A stretch of DNA of 64,000 nt from Alphaproteobacteria bacterium. Lineage in GTDB: Bacteria; Pseudomonadota; Alphaproteobacteria; GCA-2731375. This document shows positions 38,384-48,546 of this stretch, one piece after another; the first letter of the stretch is position 1; each line of letters starts with the position of its first letter. The stretch covers positions 4,608,001-4,672,000 of the forward strand of contig CBDDPY010000002.1 in assembly GCA_965232515.1 (NCBI GenBank), in the 5' to 3' direction. The translations under genes and the position numbers were made by a program. Under the pieces are notes generated by a model. It was given only the letters and a program-made list of their open reading frames with translations, had not been told where the DNA came from and did no database searches.

Positions 38384-39877
38384 ATGGCGGGAGCGGATAG
38401 ATTGGTCGAACAGCTCCAGTCGGAAGAAGCCGACGTACCGCTCTGCGTCGATCTGGACGGGACGTTGATCCGGTCCGATATCTTGGTCGAGTCGGCTTTT
38501 GCGCTGTTGAAACAGTCTCCGCTGTTGGTGCTGGCGATGCCGTTCTGGTTGTTCAGGGGCCGCCAGCATTTGAAGCTTCAAATCGCCCGGCGTGTGGCTC
38601 TCGATGTCGAGGCGCTGCCCTACGACGATGTCGTGGTTGACTTCCTCAGGCAGCAGCAAGCCGATGGCCGACGGTTGGTGATGGCGACCGCCACGAACGA
38701 AAGGCTCGCCGGCGCGGTAGCCGATCACTTGGGCATATTCGACGAGGTATTGGCGAGCAATGCGGACGCCAATCTAAAGGGCGACCGCAAGCAGGAGACG
38801 CTCGTTCGCCGCTACGGTGAACGTGGCTTCGATTATGCCGGCGACGCCTGGGCCGATCTGAAGGTCTGGTCGGGTGCGCGCCATGCCATCCTGGTGCGAC
38901 CGTCGGCCCGACTGAGCCGCATTGCAAATCAACGGTTCAATGTCGAGCGGGTGTTCGAGTCCGACAACCGGTCAGTCGCGTTCTATCTGCGTGCAATGCG
39001 GCTTCACCAGTGGGTCAAGAACCTGCTGATCTTCATACCGCTGCTGGCGGCACAGAAGGTCGCGGAGCCGCAATTGCTCCTGCAGGCTCTGATCGCGTTT
39101 CTCGTATTCGGACTATGCGCGTCGAGCGTTTACGTTCTGAACGATCTGCTCGATCTCTCGGCGGATCGGCGGCATCCGCGCAAGCGGTTGCGCCCCTTTG
39201 CGTCGGGAGCAATTCCGATTACGCACGGCGTCGCAATGATTCCATTGCTGCTGCTCGTCGCGGCGGCATTTGCCTACTTGCTATCGCCGATCTTCGCGGT
39301 CGTTCTTGCCGGCTACTACGCGCTCACGTTGGCCTACTCGCTCTGGCTGAAACAAAGGGTATTGGTGGATGTCCTGACGCTCGCCAGTCTCTACACCATC
39401 AGGGTCATTGCCGGCGCGGCGGCCGTTGCCGTCGCGCCATCGTTTTGGCTGCTGGCCTTTTCCATGTTCCTGTTTCTCAGCTTGGCGATGGTCAAGCGTT
39501 ATGCCGAGTTGATCGAAGTCGAGGCCAAGGGCGGCGAACAGATTCTCGGTCGCGGCTATCAGATCGTCGACCTGGAAACGCTGACGAGCCTGGGGGCGGC
39601 AAGCGGCTACGTTTCGGTTCTGGTGCTTGCCTTCTACATCAACAGCCCCGACGTGCAGATCCCGTATGGTCTGCCGCAAGCGATCTGGCTGGTTTGCCCC
39701 ATCATGCTGTATTGGATCAGCCGGATGTGGTTTGCGGCGCGCCGGGGCAAGATGCATGACGATCCAATCGTATACGCAGCAAAAGACAACATCAGCCGAT
39801 GGTGTTTCGTGACCGTGGTTCTGGTGTTGGCGCTGGCCGTCTTTGGCGCGCCTCTTGCGGATATCGCGGCATCCTGA
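38384..39877 (+). CDS. HAD-UbiA fusion: polyprenyl-phosphate 5-phosphoribosyltransferase (DPPR synthase-like)
   Basis: N-terminal VDLDGTL HAD motif, YAGDAWAD; UbiA part RLHQWVKNLL, NDLLDLSADRRHPRKRLRPFASG, AYSLWLK, MHDDPIVYA. Confidence 0.9.
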   Translation: MAGADRLVEQLQSEEADVPLCVDLDGTLIRSDILVESAFALLKQSPLLVLAMPFWLFRGRQHLKLQIARRVALDVEALPYDDVVVDFLRQQQADGRRLVMATATNERLAGAVADHLGIFDEVLASNADANLKGDRKQETLVRRYGERGFDYAGDAWADLKVWSGARHAILVRPSARLSRIANQRFNVERVFESDNRSVAFYLRAMRLHQWVKNLLIFIPLLAAQKVAEPQLLLQALIAFLVFGLCASSVYVLNDLLDLSADRRHPRKRLRPFASGAIPITHGVAMIPLLLLVAAAFAYLLSPIFAVVLAGYYALTLAYSLWLKQRVLVDVLTLASLYTIRVIAGAAAVAVAPSFWLLAFSMFLFLSLAMVKRYAELIEVEAKGGEQILGRGYQIVDLETLTSLGAASGYVSVLVLAFYINSPDVQIPYGLPQAIWLVCPIMLYWISRMWFAARRGKMHDDPIVYAAKDNISRWCFVTVVLVLALAVFGAPLADIAAS

Positions 39878-41580
39878 GCCGACAGGGCGCGATCGTCTTG
39901 CGACAAGGTTCCGACATCGTCATTCCGATCGGGCTTTTGTTTCTCTCGGCATTCCTGCTGCACTTCCCCCGAATTGTGTTGGACTTCAACATCTACAGCG
40001 GCGATTCCAAATTGTACTTCGTGAGTGCCGTCGATTTCGCTCGAGCGCTCGATGAAGGTCAGGCATTGCCGCGTTGGGTGGGTTGGGCGAACAATGGTCT
40101 GGGCGAGCCGGTCCACATGTTCTTTTCGCCACTGTTCTATTACGCGACAGCGCTGGTCGCGAAAATCACCGGCGAAATCTGGTTGGCCATGAAAGTCGTG
40201 ACCCTGATCGCTTGCTGGGCGATGGGTGTCCTCGGTTACCTGATTCTGCGACGCCTCGACTGTGCACGACTTGGTTTGTTCGCCGCCGTCTGCCTTCAAC
40301 TCACGCCGATTCTGCCCTTCTATCTTTTTAAGAGCGTGCATACCTACAGCAACGCCGCCGGATTGCTTTTGGTGGTTTATTGTCTCCTTCGCTACCAACC
40401 GCGTGCGGAATTCATCAGCATCATGGTTGCGCTGGCGGTATTTCTCACGCTGGTGATGCACTCGCTGAGCGGCATCATGAACCTGATGTGTCTGTTCCTC
40501 GGGTTGCTCGCCGCCGCACTGCTGACGCGACGGAACCTGCGCGTCGACGTCTTTCGGATCGTCGGTTTCGGCCTGTCGTCCCTGATCGGACTTGGATTGG
40601 CGCTGTTTCATGTGCTGCCGGCCTACATCGCCAAGTCCTACGTCAATCCGGCCTGGCAGGCGAGGGATCTCGGCGCTTCGATGATGCTGCCGGTTGTGCA
40701 GGAGGCGAGCGAACTCAGATGGTTCACCGTTCAGTGGACGCTGCCGCTCTTGTTCCTGGCCGTGAACATCTCGACCTCATGGCTGCTGTGGCGTCTGAGG
40801 GATCGGTGGTCGACGAAACATGACTTTGCATTGGTTTGTCTGTGCGCGTCCTGGTCGGCTCTGCTGCTAGGAAGTGGCTTCGCGGTGCCCGTCTGGGAGG
40901 TTTTGACGCCCTTGCAGACCTTGCAGTTTGGGCATCGTCTGGCGTTTCCACTGACGCTGTTTGGCCTTCTCGCGTGCCTGGCAACGGCTGTCATTGCTTG
41001 GCATGGGGATCTGTCTCGCCTCATGCGCCAGGCTTCCGTTCTGCCGGCCGTCCTTTCCGCCGTCATCGGAGCACTCGTTCTCGCCAAGTTTTCGTTGCTT
41101 GACGCCGCACCATCCGCATTTGCCGGCTCGGATGGCGTGTTCATTCGCGGCACCCACTACTTCCGTCCGATTACGGCCGGCGAGGCGCGATACGACTATG
41201 TCGAGGCCGGCGGTTTCCAGACCGAATGTCGGGGGCTGGGTATCGACTGCGCGTCGACGCGGGACGATCTTCACGATCGGCGTTGGATGATCGATGCCGG
41301 ACAGTCGGTGCAGGTGCGTCTGCCAGTGCTGCATTTTCCGGGCTGGGCGGTCTCGATCGACTTCAAGAAGGCCGAGATTTCACCCGATCCGGAGACTGGT
41401 TTGATTTCGGTCGAGGTTCCGGAAGGGCGATCGTTCGTGCGCCTCTATTGGTCATATGCCGGCTATGAGCGGATCGGTATTGCGGCTTCGTTGGCGTTTC
41501 TGATCGTGCTGATGGTTGTTTTTGGCCTTCGTCGGAAAGCTGGGGCGCCGCAGCACGGCGGCGACCCGCCGCTGTCCTAG
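39799..41580 (+). CDS. Polytopic membrane protein, putative GT-C glycosyltransferase (PTPS-related/YfhO-like); true start probably near 39898
   Basis: LPRWVGWANNGLGEPVHMFFSPLFYY, LQFGHR, C-terminal LHFPGWAVSID...GLISVEVPEG. Confidence 0.7.
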   Translation: MVFRDRGSGVGAGRLWRASCGYRGILSRQGAIVLRQGSDIVIPIGLLFLSAFLLHFPRIVLDFNIYSGDSKLYFVSAVDFARALDEGQALPRWVGWANNGLGEPVHMFFSPLFYYATALVAKITGEIWLAMKVVTLIACWAMGVLGYLILRRLDCARLGLFAAVCLQLTPILPFYLFKSVHTYSNAAGLLLVVYCLLRYQPRAEFISIMVALAVFLTLVMHSLSGIMNLMCLFLGLLAAALLTRRNLRVDVFRIVGFGLSSLIGLGLALFHVLPAYIAKSYVNPAWQARDLGASMMLPVVQEASELRWFTVQWTLPLLFLAVNISTSWLLWRLRDRWSTKHDFALVCLCASWSALLLGSGFAVPVWEVLTPLQTLQFGHRLAFPLTLFGLLACLATAVIAWHGDLSRLMRQASVLPAVLSAVIGALVLAKFSLLDAAPSAFAGSDGVFIRGTHYFRPITAGEARYDYVEAGGFQTECRGLGIDCASTRDDLHDRRWMIDAGQSVQVRLPVLHFPGWAVSIDFKKAEISPDPETGLISVEVPEGRSFVRLYWSYAGYERIGIAASLAFLIVLMVVFGLRRKAGAPQHGGDPPLS

Positions 41581-41613
41581 ATCAGATCCTCAAGCCGCGC
41601 TCTCCGGCCCGGC

Positions 41614-43311
41614 CTACGGCCGCTTCGTCAGTTCCCAGGCGTCGAGGCCGGCGAGCGGGCCGATCGGCGTGATCTCGTAGTGTTCGCGGAAGAAACCGAT
41701 CAGCTTCCGTTTCGGCATGCCGTGGCCGGCGAATTTGAGCCAGGGCGCGTCCCAGTCCCGCTCGTCGAAGATCCGGAAAGCGACGACCTGGCCGCCAGCT
41801 TCGAGCGTGCGGTCGATCTGCGCCTTGGCATCCGGCAGCACCGAAGGGTCAAAGCGGCTTTCGATCAGCGCCCGGTCGAGTTTCAGTCTGGGGATCCCGG
41901 GCAGGGCGAAGAACGAGATGTCCGGACGGCCGGCGTAGCTCGTGAAGTGCACGATCAGGTCGTCGGCGCCGAACCGCGTCTGCATGTCCGCCTCGTGCGC
42001 GGCGAGCGGATAGAGCGCCCGCGGCACGGAATAGAGGCTGAGGTTGACCGCGCCGACCACCAGCAGCCATACCGTCGCCACCGCCGCAACGGCCGTGGCG
42101 GCCGGCAATTGCGTAAACAGCAGCAGCGTCGGAAACGTCACCTGAAACCAGATCTCCGGGTCATTGACGTTGGTGGTGATGGCGAAGCCGACATGGCCGA
42201 CGAGGAAAGCAAATGGCACCACGACCGGAAAGCCGCCGGTCAGCAGCCGCAGGCCGGCGGCCAGATAGGTGGCGCCAAGGACGATGATGGTCAGGACGAA
42301 GGGCACGATGTCGCGCGCCAGCTCCCAGGTGTAGGGCGCCAACGAGTCGATCTGGCCCCACAGGCGGGCGCGCATGACTGGCCCGAGGTCCGGCGTGAAC
42401 ACGTAATTGTAAACCACGGCGTAGGCGCCGCGCGCCAAACGGTCGACGAGCCCGAAGTCCCGTGCGAAGGCGTTGCTGTGCTTGTGCGCCACCTGGCCAA
42501 ACACGTAGCCCAGGAAATCGAACAGGCCGCCGGGCTGTGCAACATCGGCGACATAGCCGACGAACATGGCCGCCGCGCCGATGCCGCAGCAAATCGCACC
42601 GAATGCCACCATGGGCGCCAGACCGCGGTGCCAGCCCTGGCTGGCGCGGTGAAAAATCAACAGGATGCCAAGGCCGATGAACGGAAGCACGGTGATGCCG
42701 GTGACCAGGAAGGCCGTCGACATGCCGAGCGCGGCGGCTGACAGGGTCAATCGATACCAGTTGACGACTTTGCCGCCACCGACCGCTTCGTGCTCCCACA
42801 ACACGGCGTGATAGAGCGCCAGCGCCAGAAACGGCAGGGCCAGCATCTTGATATGCGGGGTCGGCGCCAGCGCCAGAACGTTGAAGCTGAGGGCCGCGAG
42901 GCCGGCAACGACGATCCGAAGCCAAAGTCCATAGCCCAGACGGCAGAGCAGAAAATAGAAGATGGCCAGTCCGATGGCGGCGCACAGCGTGTTGATCTGG
43001 GCCATGCTGCTGACCACGTCGCCGCCGTCTCCGAACAACCGGTGCCAGATCAGCGCCGCCGGTTGCAGGAAGATGTGAAACACCTTCCAGTCGAACTTGT
43101 CGGCCTCGAGCTTCGCGGCGTAGAGGGCCACATCGTCGGTCGGTACTTCCGAATAGAGCAGCCGGAAGAACAGCCAGATGATGGCGAACGCGGCTGTCAG
43201 CTCGAGCCAGTCGCGCGGCCTCGCGGCCGGAAGGCTGCGATCCGCCGGCGGGCTGAGGAGCCATGTCAGCCTGGCAGGTCGACGTTGATTTTCGCTCGAG
43301 AGGCTTGCCAT
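41614..43311 (-). CDS. Polytopic membrane protein, possible GT-C glycosyltransferase
   Basis: More than 10 TM segments, DD acidic pair (PTDDVALY) and His in the first outer loop, soluble C-terminal domain. Confidence 0.55.
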   Translation of the reverse strand: MASLSSENQRRPARLTWLLSPPADRSLPAARPRDWLELTAAFAIIWLFFRLLYSEVPTDDVALYAAKLEADKFDWKVFHIFLQPAALIWHRLFGDGGDVVSSMAQINTLCAAIGLAIFYFLLCRLGYGLWLRIVVAGLAALSFNVLALAPTPHIKMLALPFLALALYHAVLWEHEAVGGGKVVNWYRLTLSAAALGMSTAFLVTGITVLPFIGLGILLIFHRASQGWHRGLAPMVAFGAICCGIGAAAMFVGYVADVAQPGGLFDFLGYVFGQVAHKHSNAFARDFGLVDRLARGAYAVVYNYVFTPDLGPVMRARLWGQIDSLAPYTWELARDIVPFVLTIIVLGATYLAAGLRLLTGGFPVVVPFAFLVGHVGFAITTNVNDPEIWFQVTFPTLLLFTQLPAATAVAAVATVWLLVVGAVNLSLYSVPRALYPLAAHEADMQTRFGADDLIVHFTSYAGRPDISFFALPGIPRLKLDRALIESRFDPSVLPDAKAQIDRTLEAGGQVVAFRIFDERDWDAPWLKFAGHGMPKRKLIGFFREHYEITPIGPLAGLDAWELTKRP

Positions 43312-43453
43312 CGTTTAGCGCTCGTCACCGCCCACATTGCCGAGGTTGGACCGTTTGTTCCGGCCGGCGAAATGCCTCGCATGCTTCAGCGAATTGCGCA
43401 AGGTACGCCGTCGCCGATTTCGATCTCGGAGATGGGGTTCCGGTTCGATTCCG

Positions 43454-44632
43454 TCAGGCGGCCGGCGTCACGGCCTGGGACAAGTCCACGCCATCGAGGA
43501 TCGCGCCATGCAGATCTGCGTCGGTCAGGTTGGTCGGGCAGGCGCGGCCAATCGGCTTACCATCCGGCCCCTTCAGTTCGATGGCAGCCAGCTTCGCCCC
43601 GGTCAAGTTCGCGCCGCGAAGATTGGCGCTTGTCAGATTCGTGCCTGACAGATCCGCATCGTTGAGATCGCAGTCCGAAAGGTCGGCGTACGACAGGTCC
43701 GCCATCATCAGTTTGCAGCGGCTCAAATGGGCGCCCGACAGATTGGCGCCCGAAAGACTGCTGGCCGAGAGATCCAAACCGGCGAACGCGGAGCCCTTCA
43801 GATCCTGCCGGTCCAACTGCAAACGCTCGCCCTGTGCCCCGTTTGACGACAACCAAATGGCATGGTTGTCGAGGCATTTCTGCATTGAGGGCGATACGAT
43901 GGCGGTGTCCTTGCTGACGACGGCGCCAAGTAGACTGGTGGTCGAGAGATCCACATTGGTCAGCACCGCGCCACTCAGATCGGCGCCATCGAGCCGAGCC
44001 TGCTTCAAGTTGGCTCCACGCAGATTCGCGCCCGACATATCGGCGTGTTTAAGCTGCGCGCCCTCAAAGTTTGCACCGGCAAGGTCCGCGCCACGGAAGT
44101 CGACATGCTCGCCCTGCGCGCGCGACAAGTTGGCGTCGCGAAGATTCGAGTTGGCGAACCGGGCATGGTCGAGCTTGGCCCTTTTCAGCTTGGCCTGCGT
44201 CAGATCGACGACCGAAAGATCGGTGACCTGCGTCGTTTCGGATTGCATCATGGCGCCCGGCCGCAGGTCGGTCTCGGCGAGATTGACCCGGATCATTTTT
44301 GCGCCGCCGAAACGCGCGCCGCGAAGATCCGCCCGCGCGAAGATGGCGTCGGTCAGATCGGCATCGTGAAAGTTGGCGGCAAACAGATCGGCATACTGGA
44401 ATTTGCCGCGCGTCAGGACCGAGTGGCTGAAGTTGACCGCGCTGAGCAGGGCTTGCTGTAGATCGATATCGGGCAAATCGCGCCCCGACAGGTCGCGATT
44501 GCGAAGATCGGCCCGAACCCCGCCGCTCTGCTTGGCCACATAACGTCGATGCTCTTTCAGAACGGCGACGAGTTCATGAATCGTTAACGGTTGAAGTTCC
44601 AGCGGCGCGGCTGCTGTCACGTCATCCCCCAT
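43454..44632 (-). CDS. Pentapeptide repeat protein
   Basis: Dozens of A(D/N)LxG-type repeats; likely start ATG at 44632. Confidence 0.92.
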   Translation of the reverse strand: MGDDVTAAAPLELQPLTIHELVAVLKEHRRYVAKQSGGVRADLRNRDLSGRDLPDIDLQQALLSAVNFSHSVLTRGKFQYADLFAANFHDADLTDAIFARADLRGARFGGAKMIRVNLAETDLRPGAMMQSETTQVTDLSVVDLTQAKLKRAKLDHARFANSNLRDANLSRAQGEHVDFRGADLAGANFEGAQLKHADMSGANLRGANLKQARLDGADLSGAVLTNVDLSTTSLLGAVVSKDTAIVSPSMQKCLDNHAIWLSSNGAQGERLQLDRQDLKGSAFAGLDLSASSLSGANLSGAHLSRCKLMMADLSYADLSDCDLNDADLSGTNLTSANLRGANLTGAKLAAIELKGPDGKPIGRACPTNLTDADLHGAILDGVDLSQAVTPAA

Positions 44633-44800
44633 TACCAGGTGCCAAGTCACGGGATTATCGTCAGGTTTGGTTTGAGAATTACTAAGCCGAAGAGAGGAAT
44701 TCTTGGGCAACTCTAGCGGGCGGGTCCCAACTTGATCGTTGCTTTTCGGTGCAGGCGAACCCAATTCCCTGATCGAGGCAACCGGACGGGGTGGAGCGAC

Positions 44801-45037
44801 ATGCCAGGCGATTGGTGCCGGACAGATGTTCTGATTTCCAGACGCCGTTTTCTGACGCGGGCCGGTTTGGTGCTGGGATCTGGCGCCTTAACCGCCTGTT
44901 CGCCGCAGGAGGTGTTCCGACAGAATTGCGAAGGCAAAGGCCTGCAAGCCGGGACGGCGGCGTTCGACCGGTGTTTGGCGCGAGAGCGGGCAATTGTCGA
45001 TCGCATGGGTCGGTCGAGGCGCAGTGGCGGGCCTTAG
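44801..45037 (+). CDS. Small Cys-containing lipoprotein (Tat-like signal), paralog 1
   Basis: SRRRFL...LTAC lipobox; C-x14-C core; GGAG RBS. Confidence 0.7.
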   Translation: MPGDWCRTDVLISRRRFLTRAGLVLGSGALTACSPQEVFRQNCEGKGLQAGTAAFDRCLARERAIVDRMGRSRRSGGP

Positions 45038-45039
45038 GT

Positions 45040-45267
45040 ATGGCCGATCCGATCAAGGGTATCTCCGCGGGTGTCGGACCGTTTGGTCTGACTGTCTGGC
45101 TCGCCCTTGGCGTTTTGCTTGCCGGCTGCGCGGCTGACGACTGGATGCAGCGGAGTTGCATAAAGCAGGGTTTTCAGCCGGGCACGGCCGGCCATGACGC
45201 ATGCCTGGCGCGTGAAAAAGCCTGGAGCGATAAGCTGGATCGATATGGTCGCGGCGGCGGCCCATAG
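45040..45267 (+). CDS. Small Cys-containing lipoprotein (Sec-type signal), paralog 2
   Basis: LLAGC lipobox; same C-x14-C core and GGP C-terminus as the upstream gene. Confidence 0.7.
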   Translation: MADPIKGISAGVGPFGLTVWLALGVLLAGCAADDWMQRSCIKQGFQPGTAGHDACLAREKAWSDKLDRYGRGGGP

Positions 45268-45422
45268 TCCGGCACGCGCCTTATCCTCATTGTGCGTTCA
45301 TTGTATTCGCACGGTTGTTCACACATTTCCTTCGCATTTGATGCTCGGCCCGGCGGCTGGAACCGGTAAGGATTGCGCCCAATCGGCATTGCCGAGGTCC
45401 ACGAGCAATACGTGAGGGTTCC

Positions 45423-45785
45423 ATGATTTCCGTTCTTCGCCGGATCGGCGGCATTCTTGGCGTGCTGGCGCTGGTCGCCGCCTCGATCACTGGGCCGGCC
45501 GCCGCACAGACGGCGTACAGCGACGCCAAGCTTCAGGCTTTCGTCACGGCGGCGCTCGCGGTCGATGATCTGGTCAAGACCTGGGCGCCACGCATCGATA
45601 GCGCCGGCAGCCAGGAGAAGGCCGATCAGCTTCGCACCCAGGCCAATACCGAGTTGATCGGTGCGGTCGAACAGACAGACGGTATTTCGCTCGACGAATA
45701 TCGCCAGATCGTTCGGGACGCGGGCCAGGATGCCGACCTGTCGGCGCGCATCCAGAAGATCGTTGAGGAGAAATCCGTCGACTGA
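45423..45785 (+). CDS. DUF4168-like periplasmic protein
   Basis: Signal peptide, YSDAKLQAFVTA, GISLDEYRQI...DADLSARI. Confidence 0.75.
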   Translation: MISVLRRIGGILGVLALVAASITGPAAAQTAYSDAKLQAFVTAALAVDDLVKTWAPRIDSAGSQEKADQLRTQANTELIGAVEQTDGISLDEYRQIVRDAGQDADLSARIQKIVEEKSVD

Positions 45786-45880
45786 CCGACGCCCGACCGG
45801 TCGATCGACGGTATCGACCCCGACAGACGATTGCGCGGCGGTTGTAAGGCGTAAACCGCGCGTGCGAAGCTGCCGCGGAC

Positions 45881-46783
45881 ATGCCGGAACTGCCGGACAT
45901 TACGCTCTATATCGAGGCGCTTGAGCGACGCATATTGGATACGCCGCTGCTGGGCGTGCGGGTAACGAACCCATTTCTGTTGCGGACGGCGGAACCGCCC
46001 ATCGCATCGGTGGCCGGTCGGCGGGTCATCGCGCTACGGCGGATCGGCAAGCGGATCGCGATCGGGCTTGAGGACGAGTTATGGCTGGTTCTGCATCTGA
46101 TGATCGCCGGCCGGTTGCACTGGCGGGCGCCGGGCGCAGATCCTCCGGGCCGGCGCGGCCTGGCGGCGTTCGATTTTGCCGACGGCACCCTGATCCTGAC
46201 CGAGGCCGGCAGCAAGCGCCGCGCCTCGCTGCATGTCGTGCAGGGAGCCGCCGCCCTCGGCGCCCTCGATCCCGGCGGGCGTGAGGTGTTCGACATCGAT
46301 GTCGCGACGTTCGGTGCGTTGCTGACGCGCGAGAACCACACGTTGAAGCGGGCGCTGACCGATCCGCGTGTTTTCAGCGGGATCGGCAATGCGTTTTCCG
46401 ATGAGATTCTGCATCGTGCCCGAATGTCGCCGGTGGCCATGACCGACAGGCTGACGCCGGCGCAGATCGAGGCGCTGTTCCACGCGACCCGGGATACGCT
46501 GATGCACTGGGTGGCCGAGTTGCGGGCCGAGATGGGCGATGGCTTTCCGGAAAAGGTGACGGCGTTCCGCGACGGCATGGCGGTGCATGGGCGTTTCGGC
46601 AAGCCCTGTCCGGACTGCGGCACGGCCGTGCAGCGGATCCGGCATGCGAGCAACGAAACCAACTACTGTCCGCGCTGTCAGACCGAGGGCAAGCTGCTGG
46701 CCGATCGGGCCTTGTCGCGACTGTTGCGTAAAGACTGGCCGCGCACCATCGACGAGCTGGAACGCATGGGGCGAAGCGGTTGA
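45881..46783 (+). CDS. Fpg/Nei family DNA glycosylase (MutM paralog)
   Basis: MPELPD N-terminus, [25 protein letters not shown]2TH, CPDC...YCPRCQ zinc finger. Confidence 0.9.
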   Translation: MPELPDITLYIEALERRILDTPLLGVRVTNPFLLRTAEPPIASVAGRRVIALRRIGKRIAIGLEDELWLVLHLMIAGRLHWRAPGADPPGRRGLAAFDFADGTLILTEAGSKRRASLHVVQGAAALGALDPGGREVFDIDVATFGALLTRENHTLKRALTDPRVFSGIGNAFSDEILHRARMSPVAMTDRLTPAQIEALFHATRDTLMHWVAELRAEMGDGFPEKVTAFRDGMAVHGRFGKPCPDCGTAVQRIRHASNETNYCPRCQTEGKLLADRALSRLLRKDWPRTIDELERMGRSG

Positions 46784-46814
46784 GTCGGGGACGACATCGG
46801 TCCGGGATGCCGGA

Positions 46815-48380
46815 TCAGCCTGTGATCGGCAGGTATTGGTAGAGCCAGGTCTCTGTCAGGGTCCGTTCGTTGAATCGCAGAAAGCAGCGCAAATCGACTG
46901 GCTGGTCACCGTCTGCATAAAGATCGAAGAAAGCCCGCCAGCGGTTCGTGCCAACGATCTGCAGTGCGTAATCGTTGTCGATCCGGCCGCGCGAGGCTGA
47001 GATTACGGGCTCGACGCCGTCCTGCTTGCGCAAGCCACGAAGCGGGCCGCCGTCGAAATCGATCACGAATTTCCTGGCGCCGTCGGGCCTTGGTTGGCCC
47101 GGAACACCGCCGCGTCCGAGACGGGTATGGCGAACGCGCCCGATGCTGTCGTCGGCAAAAGGTTCGTTGCCAAGCCAATGCAGACGATAATTGAACGACC
47201 ACTGCGAGCCGGCGGTCACCGGCTCCTCCGGCACCCAGTAGGCGGCGATGTTGTCGTGGATCTCGTCGTCGGTGGGAATTTCGACGAGCTGCACCGCCCC
47301 TCTTCCCCAATTTCCGCGCGGCTCCACCCAGACACTGGGACGGCGGTCGTAGAACACGCCGTCATCCTCATAGTTGTGGAACTGGCGATCGCGCTGCAAC
47401 AGTCCGAAGCCCTTTGGGTTGTCATCGACGAACGTATTCGTGACGACCCGATCGGGATTGTTGAGCGGGCGCCAGATCCGCTCGCCGGCTCCGGTCCAGA
47501 TCGCCAGGCCGTCGCTGTCGTGCACCTCGGGCCGCCAGTCCGTCGCCTGATGACGGTTGTTTTCGCCAAACCAGAACATGCTGGTCAGCGGTGCGATACC
47601 CATGCGTTCGATTTTCTTGCGCGGGAAAAGCTCGGCCTGAACATCCATCACGACGCCGGTCGATCGGGTGCAGTCGAACCGATAGGCCCCGGTGATGCTG
47701 GGGCCGTCCATCATCGCATAGAGGGTGATGGTCCCTGTATCCGGCGCCGGCCGGACCAGCCAGAACTGCGTGAAGCGCGGGAATTCCTCGGGCCAAGGCA
47801 TGGCCGTGTCGATCGCGATCCCGCGCGCCGACATGCCGTACTGGTTAAAGGCACCGGAGCTACGAAAGTAGGCCGCGCCCAGAAAGACCAGCCAGTCGGT
47901 CTTGCCGTCATCCGGATTCATCAGGCGAAAGCCGGCGAAGCCGAGATCGTCCGGCAACCGGGCGGCAAGTTCGGTGTCGCCGAAATCGAAGAAATCCGTG
48001 GAATAAAAAATCTGTCGGGCGGTAGCGCCGTCGACGGCGTGAATTGCGACCGGCGCCTTGAAGTACCGGCCGAGATGGAACAACTGGGCCGGAAAGGCCG
48101 CGGAGCCGTCGGCCCAGAGCGCTTGCTCGGGGCGAAAGCGGATCTTCTGATAGGCGTCGTAGTCGATGCTTTCGAGCAGTTCCGGATGTTGAATGATGGG
48201 GGTGTGGTAGGCCCGCTTGGCCGATTCGCGTGCCAGATTTCGTAACCAATCGAAATCAAACGCGCGGGAGGGACCGAACCGAACGACCGGGACCGTTGCC
48301 AGCGCTGGCCGCGAAAGTGTCAGCGGCAACATCGCCGCGGCGGCCAGCAATTGCCGGCGCGAAGTGAACTTGGACAACAT
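46815..48380 (-). CDS. opgD: Periplasmic glucan biosynthesis protein OpgG/OpgD family (Tat signal suggests OpgD)
   Basis: SRRQLL Tat motif, YDAYQKIRF, FLGAAYFR, APLTSMFW, RPEVHDSDGL, ETWLYQ. Confidence 0.88.
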   Translation of the reverse strand: MLSKFTSRRQLLAAAAMLPLTLSRPALATVPVVRFGPSRAFDFDWLRNLARESAKRAYHTPIIQHPELLESIDYDAYQKIRFRPEQALWADGSAAFPAQLFHLGRYFKAPVAIHAVDGATARQIFYSTDFFDFGDTELAARLPDDLGFAGFRLMNPDDGKTDWLVFLGAAYFRSSGAFNQYGMSARGIAIDTAMPWPEEFPRFTQFWLVRPAPDTGTITLYAMMDGPSITGAYRFDCTRSTGVVMDVQAELFPRKKIERMGIAPLTSMFWFGENNRHQATDWRPEVHDSDGLAIWTGAGERIWRPLNNPDRVVTNTFVDDNPKGFGLLQRDRQFHNYEDDGVFYDRRPSVWVEPRGNWGRGAVQLVEIPTDDEIHDNIAAYWVPEEPVTAGSQWSFNYRLHWLGNEPFADDSIGRVRHTRLGRGGVPGQPRPDGARKFVIDFDGGPLRGLRKQDGVEPVISASRGRIDNDYALQIVGTNRWRAFFDLYADGDQPVDLRCFLRFNERTLTETWLYQYLPITG

Positions 48381-48546
48381 CAGTACAGCTTCCCTGTCGG
48401 AGAAAAACGAGGACGGGCGCGATCACTTCGTGGCTCGACGCGGGGCGCAACGTTCGCGTCGCTAGCAGTTGCAGCTAGTTGACGACAGGTAGGGCGCAAG
48501 TCCGGTCCACGCCGTTGTCACAACCGTGCGGCATTTGCGCCGGCGT

